NCBI GenBank assembly: GCA_026914245.1
Contig: CP110439.1
Coordinates: 2,852,001 to 2,916,000, forward strand
Length of the DNA stretch: 64,000 nucleotides
Reading direction: 5' to 3'
Source of the DNA: Puccinia triticina
Lineage: Eukaryota
In this document: positions 15,390-27,988 of the stretch, one piece after another
How the letters are laid out: every line of letters starts with the position of its first letter
Numbering within the stretch: position 1 is the first letter of the stretch
Made by a program: the position numbers and the translations under genes
The notes under the pieces: generated by a model
Told to the model about the DNA's origin: nothing
What the model saw: the letters and a program-made list of their open reading frames with translations, nothing else
The model's database searches: none

Positions 15390-18300
15390 CTAACCATCAA
15401 GCTCGATATACGCAGCAGGCACCAGCCCGACCCTGCCGTCCTCCACGATCTTGAACCAATCAAGCTCCGAGCAATCGACGACGGCCACTCTGGTGTTCTC
15501 GACCAAGCGGGCCTCATCGGGGCCAGTGGGCGAATAGTCGTACAGAGCTTTACCCCAGCTCACTGCCGATGGCCCAGCAAAAGATTGAGTGATGAGAGTC
15601 CGTCGTCAGTCTCTGCGCGCTCAAACATCGGCCAACTCTGCTGACCTTCGATCTCCGTCACGTACGACTTCGGGAACGTGCCCGAGACCCCGCTCCCCTC
15701 GATCGTCCCGTACATCCAGTCCTCATCGACCCTTGAAGGATGTGCAAGGATGACCAAGTTGACGTCCATCGACAAGTCATCGTCGCCCTGCGCGGCGTAA
15801 GGGTACAGAGACCTGACCCGGATCGCTGGCAACATCATCAAGATAAAAAAAAAAAAAAAAAAAACATACCAAAGTAGTCAGCATTTGGGCGCGCGGGAAA
15901 AGTCTGATTCAGAGCTCTCTTACTTTGTGACATGTCGAAGTTTTTCGTACAATCATCAGCTCCTGCCCGGTCCAAAGCCTCCTCCTTATTAGAAGCGGGT
16001 TCTTCCGGATGAGCGGGCAGACTAGGAGCGGGGACGCGCAGCCCGTCGGCGGCCATCCCACCGATCCAGTCGACCGAGCGGCGTTTATCGTCTTCGCCAA
16101 GACTGGGTGGACGCTGGTTTTGGACAGGAGGATCGGCCCCGCCGATGACTTTGCCCGCTAAGCCAGACCCGCTGCGGTCGTTGGTCTGTGCCTTTCGGAG
16201 CCGTTTCCCCGACTGGATCTCCCCCAGAAGCATCCCGCGATCAGCGGGCGGAGCATTGGCAAGGGGCAGGAGGGGAGCTTTTGGCGCTGCAGGAGCCGCC
16301 GGAGCTGGTGGCGGCGCAGGAGGTGCAGAGGGCGGAGGATTGGAGGGGTTCGCGGCTGCCGATTGAGGGCGGGAAGGCATGATGCCACCGAATAAGGCTT
16401 CGGCCAAGCCTTGGCGGGCTTTCCGGGCGGTAGCTGCCCCTTCATCGTCGCTGTCATCATCGTCGTCTTTCTCCTTGGCAGCAGCATCCCATTCGTCATC
16501 AGAGTCCTGGGGGCGGGGTGGGGGCCGGAAACTGGGCTGAGAGGGAAATGATGGTTGTTGGGCTGGCGTGGTGGTGCTGGTTGGTTTGAAGAATGGATTG
16601 TTGGCCGATAATGGCGCCGGGAATGAGCCGGGCGTCGTGGGCGCTGGCGAGTCGTTGCCTGTCGAGGTGCCCAGACGGTGGAACGGATTGGTGCTGGCAG
16701 TCGAGCCGGATGGCGCTGGTGGGGCCGAAATGGGAGCTGGAGGGGGTGGGGGCGCTTGTGGAATTGCGGGGGACGGTGCTGCCGGTACGATTTGGGGTGC
16801 TGGAGGAGCCGGTGGAGCGGGAGGGGCTGTTGGGGCCTGCGGAATCGAAGGAGTCGGAGGTCCTTCAGCAAGTCCGATAGCGATTGCAGGAGTCGAGACC
16901 GCTTGCGATGGGGGCGGGACGGATTGAGGCAGCGAGGGCGGAAGCTTGACTTGGCTAGCAGAGCGCGGCACAGTAGCTGGAGGTGGCGCTCTACTTCGAG
17001 GTGCTGGTGGGGGTGGAGCCTTTTTGGGGACTGCTGGAGATAAGGTGGAACGAGATGCAAACATGGCCTTCTTCTCTTTGAATTCTTGTTCCAGTCGTCG
17101 GCTTTCTTCTTCCTCTTCTTCTAATTGCTTGATTCGGGCCAACCTTGCAGCCTTCTCTTTCGCTAGAGCATCTTCCCGCCTTTTCAGCAATGCCTCTTCT
17201 TCAGCCGACAGGTCGCTTTCCGCAGGTCTGTTGACATTTGAAGGTGGGGGCGCTTCGACTGTTACTGGTTGAGCTGTAGGATTAGGCTTAGAATTCATAT
17301 CCTCCTGAGTCTGCAGGCGGCTAAGTCGCTCTTCTTCAAGTCGGGTTTGACGTTGCTTTTCTCTTTCAGCCGCTTCCTGGTCGGCTTGGGACGCCTTCAA
17401 CGCAGCTTCTTGTTTTTCTTGCTCCAAGCGTGAGTTGACACTTGTGTCGGCGACCGGAGCGGATGAGCCCCCACCTATCCCCAATGAACGAAGTCTCTCC
17501 TGGATTCGACGCTGAGCTTCAGCTTGGATAAAAGCCTTCTTCTCTTCGGCCGTCATGGTTTTAGTTGGCGGGGCAGTGGCAGGTGGCGGGGGAGACTTGG
17601 TTGCACTTGTCGGTGGAGAGGATGGTGAACGCTTGCTGTCGTAGCGATCATCCTTGTCATCCCGTGCCTCGCGCACAGAGGCGCGGGAGGGAGTATCCCG
17701 ATATGAGGAGCGAGAAGGGGTATCTCTCAAGCCGCGATCAGAAACGCGGGAAGGAACATCACGGTCGTAGGTACCCCGGAGGTAGCCACGATCGGAATAA
17801 CCATCCCGCTGACGATCGTCATCGTTCGGTTCACTATAACGATCAGATTCAAAGCGATTGCGATTGTTGCGCTGATCTCGCTGTCGAGAATAGGCCTGCG
17901 ACTCTTTCCGACGCTCACGATCGCGATCCGAAATCTTGGCTTCGAGCTCCGGTAGATCTTCGTGACGCAATCGGAGCAGTTCACGCTCGAGTTTTCGTCT
18001 CTCTTGATCGTTAGCTTCCGATCGTCTGCCTGGTCGTGAGACGTACTCGATGTCATCCTGAAGACGTTTGATGCGATACTGAAGGTCTTCAAGTTCATCA
18101 TCGAGATGGCTCTGATCATTATCTCGTTGCCTTGAAGACTCGAGCATGCTGTCGGTTCGGTCGAGATCGCGTTTGATTTCGTCTAGATCTGCTGTCGCCC
18201 TATCTTCGCCGGCGTGACGAACGGCACGGCGATCGATGTGGCGAGACTGGGATTTGTAAGTGTTCGAGCTGTCTCGTTCATCGTGCTTGTACATAGTCGC

Positions 18301-19654
18301 ATCCTTATGAAGGTTGGGCGAACTCCTGGCACCGTGTAGAGATCGCACAGGACCAAGGGTGTGTTGGGCATAAGCCTCGCCCGTAGCGCGAGAGTTATCT
18401 TTTTTGAGCAAGTCTTTCAGAAAGTCAACCGAATTATCCAGATCTCTTGCCGAGGGTGGCACCATTTCCGCAGGCAAAGTAGTGGGTATGGGATTCCCAT
18501 TCAAACGGCGGTAGATCAAGCCCATGGCCACATGGAACTCGGCCAAGTTGAGCTTTCCTCGATTTTCCACGTCAGCCAAACCCCTGCATGAGAAATTCGG
18601 ATCAAAACACTCAGCTTGGCGGTTAAGACATCTACGCATTACAAAAAGTCTTAACCGACCAAATTTGCATGAGGTCCTCTCTAGCAAGTCCACTCTGAGC
18701 AAAAACTTCGGTGCTCATCTTGCCCTCGATAAACCCGGATCCAGTTTGATCCCAGGCTCTGAAGATCTGGTCATAACTCTTCTTTTCTTCGGTTGAAAGC
18801 TTCCATGGTACCTTGACTTCGGCTTGTCCTATCTGCTGTTGGTTCTGCTGTTGAAATGTCTGTTGAAGGCTCATCCCACTGAACTGACTGGTGGGTTGGG
18901 CAAACTGCATCTGTGACGGTTGAAAGTTGCCCATGCCGATCGGTTGCTGAGCACCTGGTGCAGGCATGAATGTGTTGAGAAAGGGCTGGGATGAGGCGGC
19001 GAGAGCGGGCATCTGTCCACGAAAGCCCATAGGATAGCCAGTTGGCTGGGCGGTTATGCCACCCAGGGGAGTAGGACTCGTCATAAAACGCGAGGGTGCG
19101 TTCTGGGGGGATGGGACGCCGAGGCTTTGAGGCTGCTGGCTGGAGAATTGGTTGGACATATTGAACTGAGAGGGTCCGTTGAAGCCAGTGGGCTGAGACT
19201 GAATACCGAATCCAGTGGGCTGGGATTGCATAGCGAATCCGGTTTGTTGGGATTGCATGCCAAAGCTGGTCTGTTGAGGCTGGAGACCGCCGAAGCTAGT
19301 TTGTTGAGGCTGGAGGCCAAAGCCGGTTTGCTGGGGTGGGAGGGCCATACCAGCCGGTTGAGCTCGCATCATTCCTCCGCCAGCGAAACCGGTAGGCTGA
19401 GGCTGAACAAAGCCGGTGCGCTGGGACTGAAGGAAATGGCCGGGCTGCTGGCCAGGTTGTAGATAGCCTGTTTGCTGATTTTGAAGGAAACCACTGGTCT
19501 GCTGTGGCTGAACGTAGCCGGTTCGTTGTGCTTGGACATAGCCAGCTTGTTGTTGTTGCTGTTGTTGTTGTTGTTGTTGTTGTTGTTGGGCTGCCGCTTG
19601 TTGCTGCTGAAGAAATCGGGGATCCTGCTGGAGGAAACTGTAGTTGCCCTGCAT
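15390..19654 (-). CDS. Pan1/intersectin-like endocytic scaffold (QxTG repeats, EH, coiled coil, Pro-rich, WH2, 2 x SH3); Cin1-like
   Basis: QQTG/QPTG repeats; EH (EEKKSYDQIFRAWD..LMQIW|GLADVENRGKLNLAEFHVAM); WH2 (DRGMLLGEIQSGKRLRKAQTNDRS); SH3 (SLYPYAAQGDDDLS..W..GTFPKSYV; ALYDY..W..GLVPAAYIEL). Confidence 0.88.
19546..19588 (-). repeat. (CAA/CAG)n polyglutamine tract in the Pan1-like CDS
   Basis: tgttgttgctgttgttgttg... encodes about 14 consecutive Q. Confidence 0.9.
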
Positions 19655-20868
19655 CTTCTGAGGGCGACTTCAAACGACCTGAAAAGGCTCGAAAAGTCAC
19701 GAAGAGAATCAGAACCATATTTCGAACATGTATTGGTGAGCTGATCGACAGGAGAAGGGCAACAGTTCACGCTGTATTGACGCACTGTGTTATGCTGGTG
19801 TAGACGAGACCCGGGGCAGTCGGTCTGAGAGGCTGGCACTGGAATCGATGGAGGTCGGTGGTGGTTGGGAGTGGAGTGGCTGTGGCTGGGGGTGATGACG
19901 AAGGATAAGGCCAGCGCTTACCTAAGCAGACCTCACCCAGTTTCACACCGATCGTTTGATCCGATCAGATCCGACCGCAGCTACATAATCACACCTAATC
20001 ACACCCTGCCAGCTTGTCCAAAGCCAAGAGTCTCATCTCAGGGCTGTTGTGGCCACATCCACATGTCGCCAGCGCACAATACAGTCAAAATCAGAGTCAA
20101 GGCGGGCCAGATAGGCTCTTTACAATCACCTGACCGAGGTAACACATGAGTGGAATAGTTTGAAGGATAAAAGCAGTGGGCAAGGTGCTAATCTATGTAG
20201 AATTGCTATCTGTGGTTTGGATTTTAGGAGAAGGGGATAAAGAAAGACCTACTAGGTGGCCACTTCCAGTCGACCTCCAACGAACATCCTCAGCAGCGCA
20301 CTGTGCGATAAATGAAATGTGAGCTCCGTTTCTGCCACATGACGCGGGCAGCCGGGCCGGATACGGCCCACGGGACAGCGCGGAATCGTCACGCCCGACA
20401 CGGGTCGGGACAATGATCGGGTGCTGATGCCACCCGGCATATGATGTTTAAGTTGACGGAGCGGCAGACGCGGCAACTGATCCACCTCGCCATCTGCCGT
20501 TACATAGACTCGATGTAAAACCGATCCCATCTCGGCAGATCTCCGGAGCCGCCATTGAGTCCTTCAGCTTTGGAACACCATACGACGTGCCTAAGAGATG
20601 ACAAAATCGTTCTGAATTACTGCCGATGTGAGCCCTTAGCGGTTGTGATCTCCTGATAAGCGCCGATCGCAAAGACTCCGATTGTGCTGGACCCAGTTGA
20701 GCATATCTGCCGTTTCATCTCGCGGCGTTTGTTCCGCATCAAGATCTATCAGGACTTCAAGAGTGTTGATAATTATTTGCAACCCCACACACCCTCAAGT
20801 CCCTCATGAGATCAAAGACGACAACAGCAACTGGTCCGCAATCCGTCGTGTTTTCTAAATCTAATCCC

Positions 20869-23548
20869 ATGAGCTGGCACGTCTTCTTGCTTGTATCGAT
20901 CGCCGTCTTATCTAGTGCCTCTGGCGCACCTGGAAAGCCGGAAACCAACCATTTTGTGAGTGAGGGAGGTGTCCCTCTGGCCTGGGACCATCGAATCTGC
21001 CCTACGTACGCACAGACGATCGCCACGCAGTCCTCACTCTCCGACTCGCCCATCATCCCCGTGCCCAATCGCCGCCCTAGTCCACTCTGCCGGACATTCA
21101 ACTCGACGAGCCTGGAGATCTTGATCTCGAAGTTTAACGGACACTTCAAGGATGAAAGACTGGCCAGGCTGTTCGAGAATGCGATCTCACAAACGCTCGA
21201 CAGTACAATTAGATGGTTCTCACCTGAAAAAAGTGACACTGAAACTTATATAGTCGCCGGCGATATCCCCTCAGAATGGCTAAGAGACTCCACAAACCAG
21301 GTATACATTTTCCCAGCCTTACTACGTGTTGAAGCTCTCTTCTGCCAGAAGTCCTAGCTTCGCTGATAATACGTTGCTGACATTCACAAAAAAGGTGAAT
21401 GTTTACCTTCCCCTGATAGAGAACGACAAACCGCTGAGGCAGTTGATCTTGGGTGTGATTAACTTGCAAGCAAAGTGAGTGCAGTTGTTTAGGGTCTATT
21501 GACTTTCCATTTGCTACAAACGAGTTTCTGAGATAATGTGTTTTATTAAAACTTGCAGATTTATCACCGAGGGTGTTTATTGTAACGGCTTTTATCCACC
21601 CAAAGAGAGCCACATCGAGATCGACCCCAAAGCTACCCCGGGCTTGATCCAGCCTGGTGCTTCGGCTTCCCTGTAAGCTTTCCAGCACGATTGTTCGCCA
21701 TTCAGGCCGCTGAATGCCAATAGTAGCCAGTGATTCTGAGCGGTTCTGATTCACTAACTGGAATTCATGGCGTTTGAATTTTGATCCGACCAGTTGCGAA
21801 CTAGGAGTTGATGGATTGGCTTCATTCTTGGCTCTCTCTAACCGGTTCCATTCCATTACTAATGAAACAACCTTTGTTACCCCTACATGTTAGTCTGGTA
21901 AAGTAGCAAATAAGTCTACTAGCACAGATGATCCAGTAATTCATAGCCCGTACTTCTCAACTTGAACTTGATATCACAGGGCTCAAGGCAGTCGAGCTAT
22001 CACTTCAAGTTTTCGAGGATAAATCGCGCGCACACTTAGGTTCGACTGGCAGCAGTAAGGGAAAAGCTCACAACGTCGCTTCACCGGTAAGGGTTTGTCA
22101 GCATGTCTCGTGCCGGTGTCGTTATAACTGATATCATTGCCTGGTTTTCCAACTTCCTACCCCTACCGCTAGGGGCCATCAACACCAGCTAGGGACGAAG
22201 GCGTCCGCCACCCCCATGCCTACATTGGACTTGTTGGTACTCGTTTGAGACCCTCTAATGAGGCTACAATATTCCCGTACAACGTACCCGTGGTGAGTCT
22301 TCCGAAACTTTGGGTCATCCTGCTGGCACTGTTCCATTTGTGAATCAGTCTCTGATCAGCACTCGCTTTTCTCGCAGAACGCGATGGTTTCTGTGCAGAC
22401 CTCTCAGCTGGAAAAGCTCCTAGGCTCGATCCCCTCATCCCCGGTATCTCTGGCACGGCGGGCAGCCGCGTTATCACACAACATCAATAAAGCGCTGGGT
22501 GTGCATGCGGTCACGACCCACCCCACAGGGGGAAGGGTTTACGCTTATGAGCTGGATGGTGAGTGGTTAAAGAAAACAATCAAAGAAACAAATTCTGTTG
22601 AGAAGACGGTCATCAAAAGAGAACCAATGCTTACATCAACCAATTACGGTGCAGGTTTCGGCTCGACTGTAGTTATGGATGATGCAGCTGTCCCGTCGCT
22701 TCTTTCATTGCCGTATATCGGGTGGGAGTCACTCAATTCGACCATTTTCAAATCCACAAGACATCTAGTCACCTCTCCCCACGGAAACCCATTCTTCTTC
22801 AATGGCACGCGTGGCTTTGGAATAGGATCATCGCACACGTCAGTCCGACCCTTTCGATCAACCCACTTCGCCCTGAAAACGGGAGAAAATGGGGACACCT
22901 TTTCACAATCATCTTCAATCATGGAAAGAAATTCTAACATTTTGTTTCTTCAATTCTGAAAATAGTGGGCCTGGTAACATATGGCCTATGAGTTTAATTA
23001 CTCTTGTAAGTACCTGTCTTGCCATATTGCCAAATTTATACCCTACAATACAAAGTGCTAGCTCGCTGGCTAACACATCTTGGTGTTTATTTTTAATGTT
23101 GGCAGCTTTTCAGTAGTGAAAGTGACGAAGAGATCGAAGCAATCCTGCAAATTTTGATTGAATCCACCCAAGGTTATGGTGTACTACATGAAAGTTTTGA
23201 TGCCTTGTGAGCGCTCCCCTACCGGGGCCTACCTGTTTTCCCTCAAAAGTTCCCTCGAGGAGGTGTCTTGTTTGCTGACTACTTCCATGTACATGGAAAT
23301 AACAACCAAAAAAAAAAAAAAAACAGCAAACCTGAAGAATTCACCAGGACATGTGAGTCAGGAGACCATCGAATGTAGCGTGTGGCGTCGAATTATTTGT
23401 AGTCTCAAAGCTGATGACTCCAAATCTCTTCATAGGGTTTGCATGGGTAAATAGTTACTTCGCAGAAGCGATCCTCTACCTTGCCGAAACAAAGCCTCGC
23501 ATGATCTTTAAAGACTCTCAACCGATCTTACTTACCAGGTATGATTAG
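20869..23548 (+). CDS. Secreted glycoside hydrolase family 125 (DUF1237/Mug157-like), multi-exon
   Basis: Signal-like MSWHVFLLVSIAVLSSASG; RLFEN..TLDST, GDIPSEWLRDSTNQ, YAYELDG, MDDAAVPSLLSLPY, WPMSLI, HESFD, FAWVNS. Confidence 0.85.
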
Positions 23549-24078
23549 GTTCATCTTCTATGTGTCTTCTCAATCATTATATTACATTTTTGAAAAGACC
23601 CTTTCATACTGAGTCCAAAACGGTTATTTAGTCGAGGTAACTTGGCGTGGTATGGAGGTTTAAAACACTAGTTCCACAGGCTGGCCTCGCGGATCCTATC
23701 AGACGTCAGCTTTATCAAAATGTATCTCCGGATCATCGTCCGCATGAATGCAGACTAGAGGCAGTTCATTCGGCTGTTGTTCCTCAGACTCGATCATTCG
23801 ATCGACGAGCTCTTGTCATTTTCCCCCTCATCCGCTTGATACATTCAATTCGCACTTTAGTAGACTAGGTCCATTGTATGTATGTGTAAGATGCCAAAGG
23901 CAAATGGGTACTGGTCGGTAACCTAAATGTATGAATTTTTACATTTTTTTACAAAGTGTTGTGACCAAATTGGTATGAATGGGATCTGAAACCCAAAAGG
24001 GTACGCACCAAACATGCCTTAAATCTGAATTTCTGCTGAAATTCAGTTAAATCCACTAAAAACCTGCAGAACCCCGCT

Positions 24079-24301
24079 TGTCATTGGTTTTTTTTGGTTC
24101 CCCGGCGGGATTTTGCCCCAAGCACAGGCACAAACTCACATGTACATAGACTACACGTACATGTCACGGACCATACTCAAGGTTTGAGAGGCTGGAGATC
24201 CAAGCCTCTTCCTCATCCTGCAATATACCATCTTGGATCCAGAACCCCCAGAACCCCAGACCCCAGACTCCATCTTCCTCTCCCTAGAACAGACCATAAC
24301 A
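24079..24301 (+). repeat. 5' LTR of the chromovirus
   Basis: TG...CA; its last ~170 bp closely match 54717-54885; 5' start less certain. Confidence 0.8.
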
Positions 24302-24506
24302 TATTGCAGGATCTACTTCACGGAGACAAAGACTAAGAACCCAACAGACCAACAAGAAACAGATTGCTCCGCCTCCAAAACCTTGAATATCCCAACTCCA
24401 AAACCTTGAATATCCAGTACTCCGCTCTCAGAAACCCAATTCTGCCCTTAGAAACCTTGAATATCCCGCTCCAACATCACAGCCAACCCTTGTTATCAGC
24501 AATACA

Positions 24507-25733
24507 ATGGATGCCTCCAAAGCCGCCAAACTCCGACAACAACTGGCCAACATTACCAAGAAGGCCAATGAAGAAGCAAAAAAACATTGCCAGGCCAAGG
24601 GCAAGTTGGAGGACGCACTCCACACCCAGAACCCACCCCTCCCCATACCGACTGCTGGAGCGGAGGTAGCAGCAACCAAGGCCCCCAAGGTTGCCCAACC
24701 CAACAAGTTCAATGGCAAACGCAGAACGGCGGCGGAGATGTTTGCCCAGCAGGTTGGCATCTATATGACCTTGAACAAGGCCTTATTCCCAACGGACTTG
24801 ACACAAATCTATTTGTGTCCTTGTACATGACCGGAACCGCAGGCGTATGGGCCGCCCCGTTCCCCAACCAAGCGGCGGCGGACCCGCCAACCCTGACCTA
24901 GGCGGAGTTCACGGTGTCCTTCCGTGCCATGTTTTTTGACCCTGAAAAGAATGCAAAGGCGGAACAAGCCCTCCAAGCGTTGAAGCAGACCGGCTCTGTG
25001 GCGGACTACACCCACTCCTTTGTCCAGCATGCTTCCGCAGCGGGATGGGAAGTCCCCACCCTGATCAGCCAGTACCGCCAGGGCCTGAAGCAGGACATCC
25101 AGATGGGGCTCATTGTTTCCCGCACCGCATTCACAACTGTTAATGAGGTTGCTAGCTTGGCATGGCAATGAGCGGAGCGGACACCGGTACAGCGCCGACC
25201 AAACAGAAGATCGACCCCGACGCCATGGAGCTATCAGCGTTAAATGGGCAACTCTCCAAATCTGAGAAGGCCTGGATGATGCGGGAAGGACTCTGTTTGT
25301 GATGCGGAGTGCAGGGCCACATATCCCGCAACTGTCCAACCAAGAAGGGAATAGGCCGCGGCAATGGAGGATCAGATCCGCCAACTAGTGGAAGGGATGG
25401 CGGCAATAGGCGGAGGCGGACCAGCGGATAAAGGTGGAAAAGGCCGGGCCGACTTGTCAAAAAATGGAGGTGCTCAGGAATGAAGGTTGTGCCTTTCCTG
25501 AGCGCGGCGGAGTTGTCTTGTAGTATTGGTGCTAGTCAAACTTTAAACAGAGATGAAATTGATCCCCGATGTTTTATCTCTTGCACCATCACAACTCCCA
25601 GAGCCGCAACCCAGACCCCCTTGCCTCCTGCCTCCTTCTTGATTGATTCCAGAGCAACCCACGATGTGTTGAGTGAATCCTACGCCGCCGCGGCGGGATT
25701 ACTTTGCAACGCCACCGCCTCAAGGTGGACCGT
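24507..25733 (+). pseudogene. gag (retrotransposon gag, CCHC knuckle) and start of aspartic protease
   Basis: QPNKFNG, LKQTGSVADYTHSF, YRQGLKQDI, C..CGVQGHISRNC with an internal stop, FLIDSRATHDV; frameshifts and stops. Confidence 0.85.
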
Positions 25734-26779
25734 TGTAAGACTCAAGAGGTGTCTTGAGACCCTTTTGCTGAATGGCAAAAGGTATGGCTGAGGTGCAAGC
25801 TCTGCCTTTCTGTATATCAGGAAACAAGACCACCAAGGTAAGCTTGGCAATTTATCTTGTGATAGGATATGCTCAAAGATGAGATATATAAGAGGATTGT
25901 TGTCGATGTCTGAGGTTGATTGAGTTATTGATGCATAAGATAGGTGACGGTGACTTGATTTCTCAAGTGGGGCTTGAACCTAGGTCCTTGGCCTGGGGGT
26001 ATATAAGTTCAAAAAGTGAGGGTTGATGAGGGTGAGAGGGAGCTAAGCTCAACCAGGAGTGGAACCGGGGACTGGGTTACTGGTGAAAGGTATGCAAACT
26101 GAGTGGTGATATAAATTTCAAGTAAAGTGTGAAAGGTATGTGAACTGAGTGGTGATATGAACTGATAACTGTGATATGGATAAATTAGAGGATAATATGA
26201 GTGGTGATAAGTGAGTAGGGAATATAGACCGCCGGATGGCATGAGGAGGGAACAACTGGCAGGCAGAGGCCTCCTTATATAGACAATGATGAGGGAATTT
26301 AGCTCCAGGGGAGCAGCTTTGAGGGAATTTGGCTGGTGAGAAATTACAACTGAGGGAATTTAGCTAGACTATCTACAATGCATCCCTTTCATATGCAAAC
26401 AGGATCATATATATTCATACAAGGATTTTCTAAGACCAAAGATATGCAATTGTGAAACAAACATGCAAAGAGAAAATAGGAGGTGAGGACTGATAAAAGG
26501 AAGGAAGAAAAGTAATTCATGTGTTGTATGCATTTATGCCAAGTATGATAGCCAAGAGTTGAGTTTGTGTGTGAACCCACTCAGACTGGTGCGTGAAAGG
26601 GGTGATTTGTGTATCTTCTGATCTGGTAGAGATATGATTGTGGTTTCAGTGGGTGACTAGGGGTTATTTTGGTCCTAGATTCCATTTTATGATGTCCATT
26701 TGGCTGTATCTTGAGGCATTTTGTGAGTACACATAAAAGTTTGAATTTTTCTCCTACAAACACAGGAATAATGATCACA
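25734..26779 (-). mobile_element. Solo LTR (family B, 1046 bp) inserted in the protease
   Basis: TG...CA, 4-bp TSD CCGT (25730-33 / 26780-83); removal restores RWTV|LGFDGS. Confidence 0.85.
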
Positions 26780-26783
26780 CCGT

Positions 26784-27988
26784 CTTGGGATTTGATGGAT
26801 CCACATCCCAAGCGGTGTATGAGATTGACATGACCCTGAATGAAGAACCCCACCCTTCAAAATTTATCATTACCCAACTGAAAGACACCTACAACAGCAT
26901 CCTCAGGATGCCATGGATCCGCAAACATGGATACCAAATTGACTGGACCACCCACACCCTCCGCCCTGACCACTCCAACATTGCAACTGCCTCCGCAGTT
27001 TTGTCCACTCCAAAAACATCCTCAACAGAGGGCCAAGGGCCCATGATGGGGAAATCTAGGATTCGTGACAAGGGGGCGTGTGTTTTACTGCCCCCGCAAT
27101 GTGAGTTCAATAGACTACCCTCATCCATACTCCCTGAAACGGCTGGCAAGCTTGTTTTCCCCGTAGATAGTACTCCACACCCTGACTGGAATCCCGCCCC
27201 TCCGCAACCTGAATGGAACCCCGCCAACCCCGCCGACAATTTTGCTGCTGCTTTGGTGGTATTGTCCACTCTGCAAACATCCTCAACAGAGGGCCAAGGG
27301 CCCATGATGGGGAAAGCTAGGATTTGTGACAAGGGGGTGTGTATTTTACCGCCCCTGCAATGTGAGTCCAATAAAGTTTCTCCACAATCATTCTCTGAAG
27401 CAGCTGGCAAGCCCCTTTCTCTCCCAGAACTTTACACTGCAGAGATTAGCGCCGCCAAAACATTGTGGTTGACTTCTGCCCGGCTAGCGGCGGCGGGAAA
27501 GGCCACTATGGCAACACGGACCACCAGAGAACTAGTCCCGCAGTGCTACCATTGATTCATTGACATGTTCCAAAAATCCAGCGCTAAGAGCCTACCGCCA
27601 CAAAGAAAGTATGACTTTTGTGTTGACCTAGTCCCCGGAGCCACATCGCAAGCAAGCCGGATCATTCCACTTTCACCGGCGGAGAACCAGGCACTCAATA
27701 CACTGATTGTGGAAGGACTGGCCAGCGGAAAAATCCGGCAAACCACGTCACTATGGGCGGCCCCAGTTCTATTCACCGGGAAGAAGGACCAAAACCTCCG
27801 CCCCTGTTTTGACTACCAAAAACTCAACGCGCTGACAGTGAAGAACCACTATCCCCTTCTGCTGACCATGGTCCAGGTTGACAGCCTGCTAAATGCCAAC
27901 ACCTTCACAAAGCTGGACCTCCGCAACGCCTACAGAAACCTCCGTGTGGCAGAGGGAGATGAGGACAAGCTAGCTTTCATCTGCAAGA
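26784..27988 (+). pseudogene. pol: end of protease, spacer, N-terminal reverse transcriptase
   Basis: ILRMPWIRKH, LPPQRKYDFCVDL, AAPVLF..KKDQNLRPCFDYQKLN, FTKLDLRNAY, DEDKLAFICK. Confidence 0.9.

Noticed and set aside
9098..19839. Many antisense or overlapping ORFs (e.g. 9098-9838, 12287-12928, 16158-17060)
   Set aside because: Shadow ORFs of GC-rich, low-complexity real genes.
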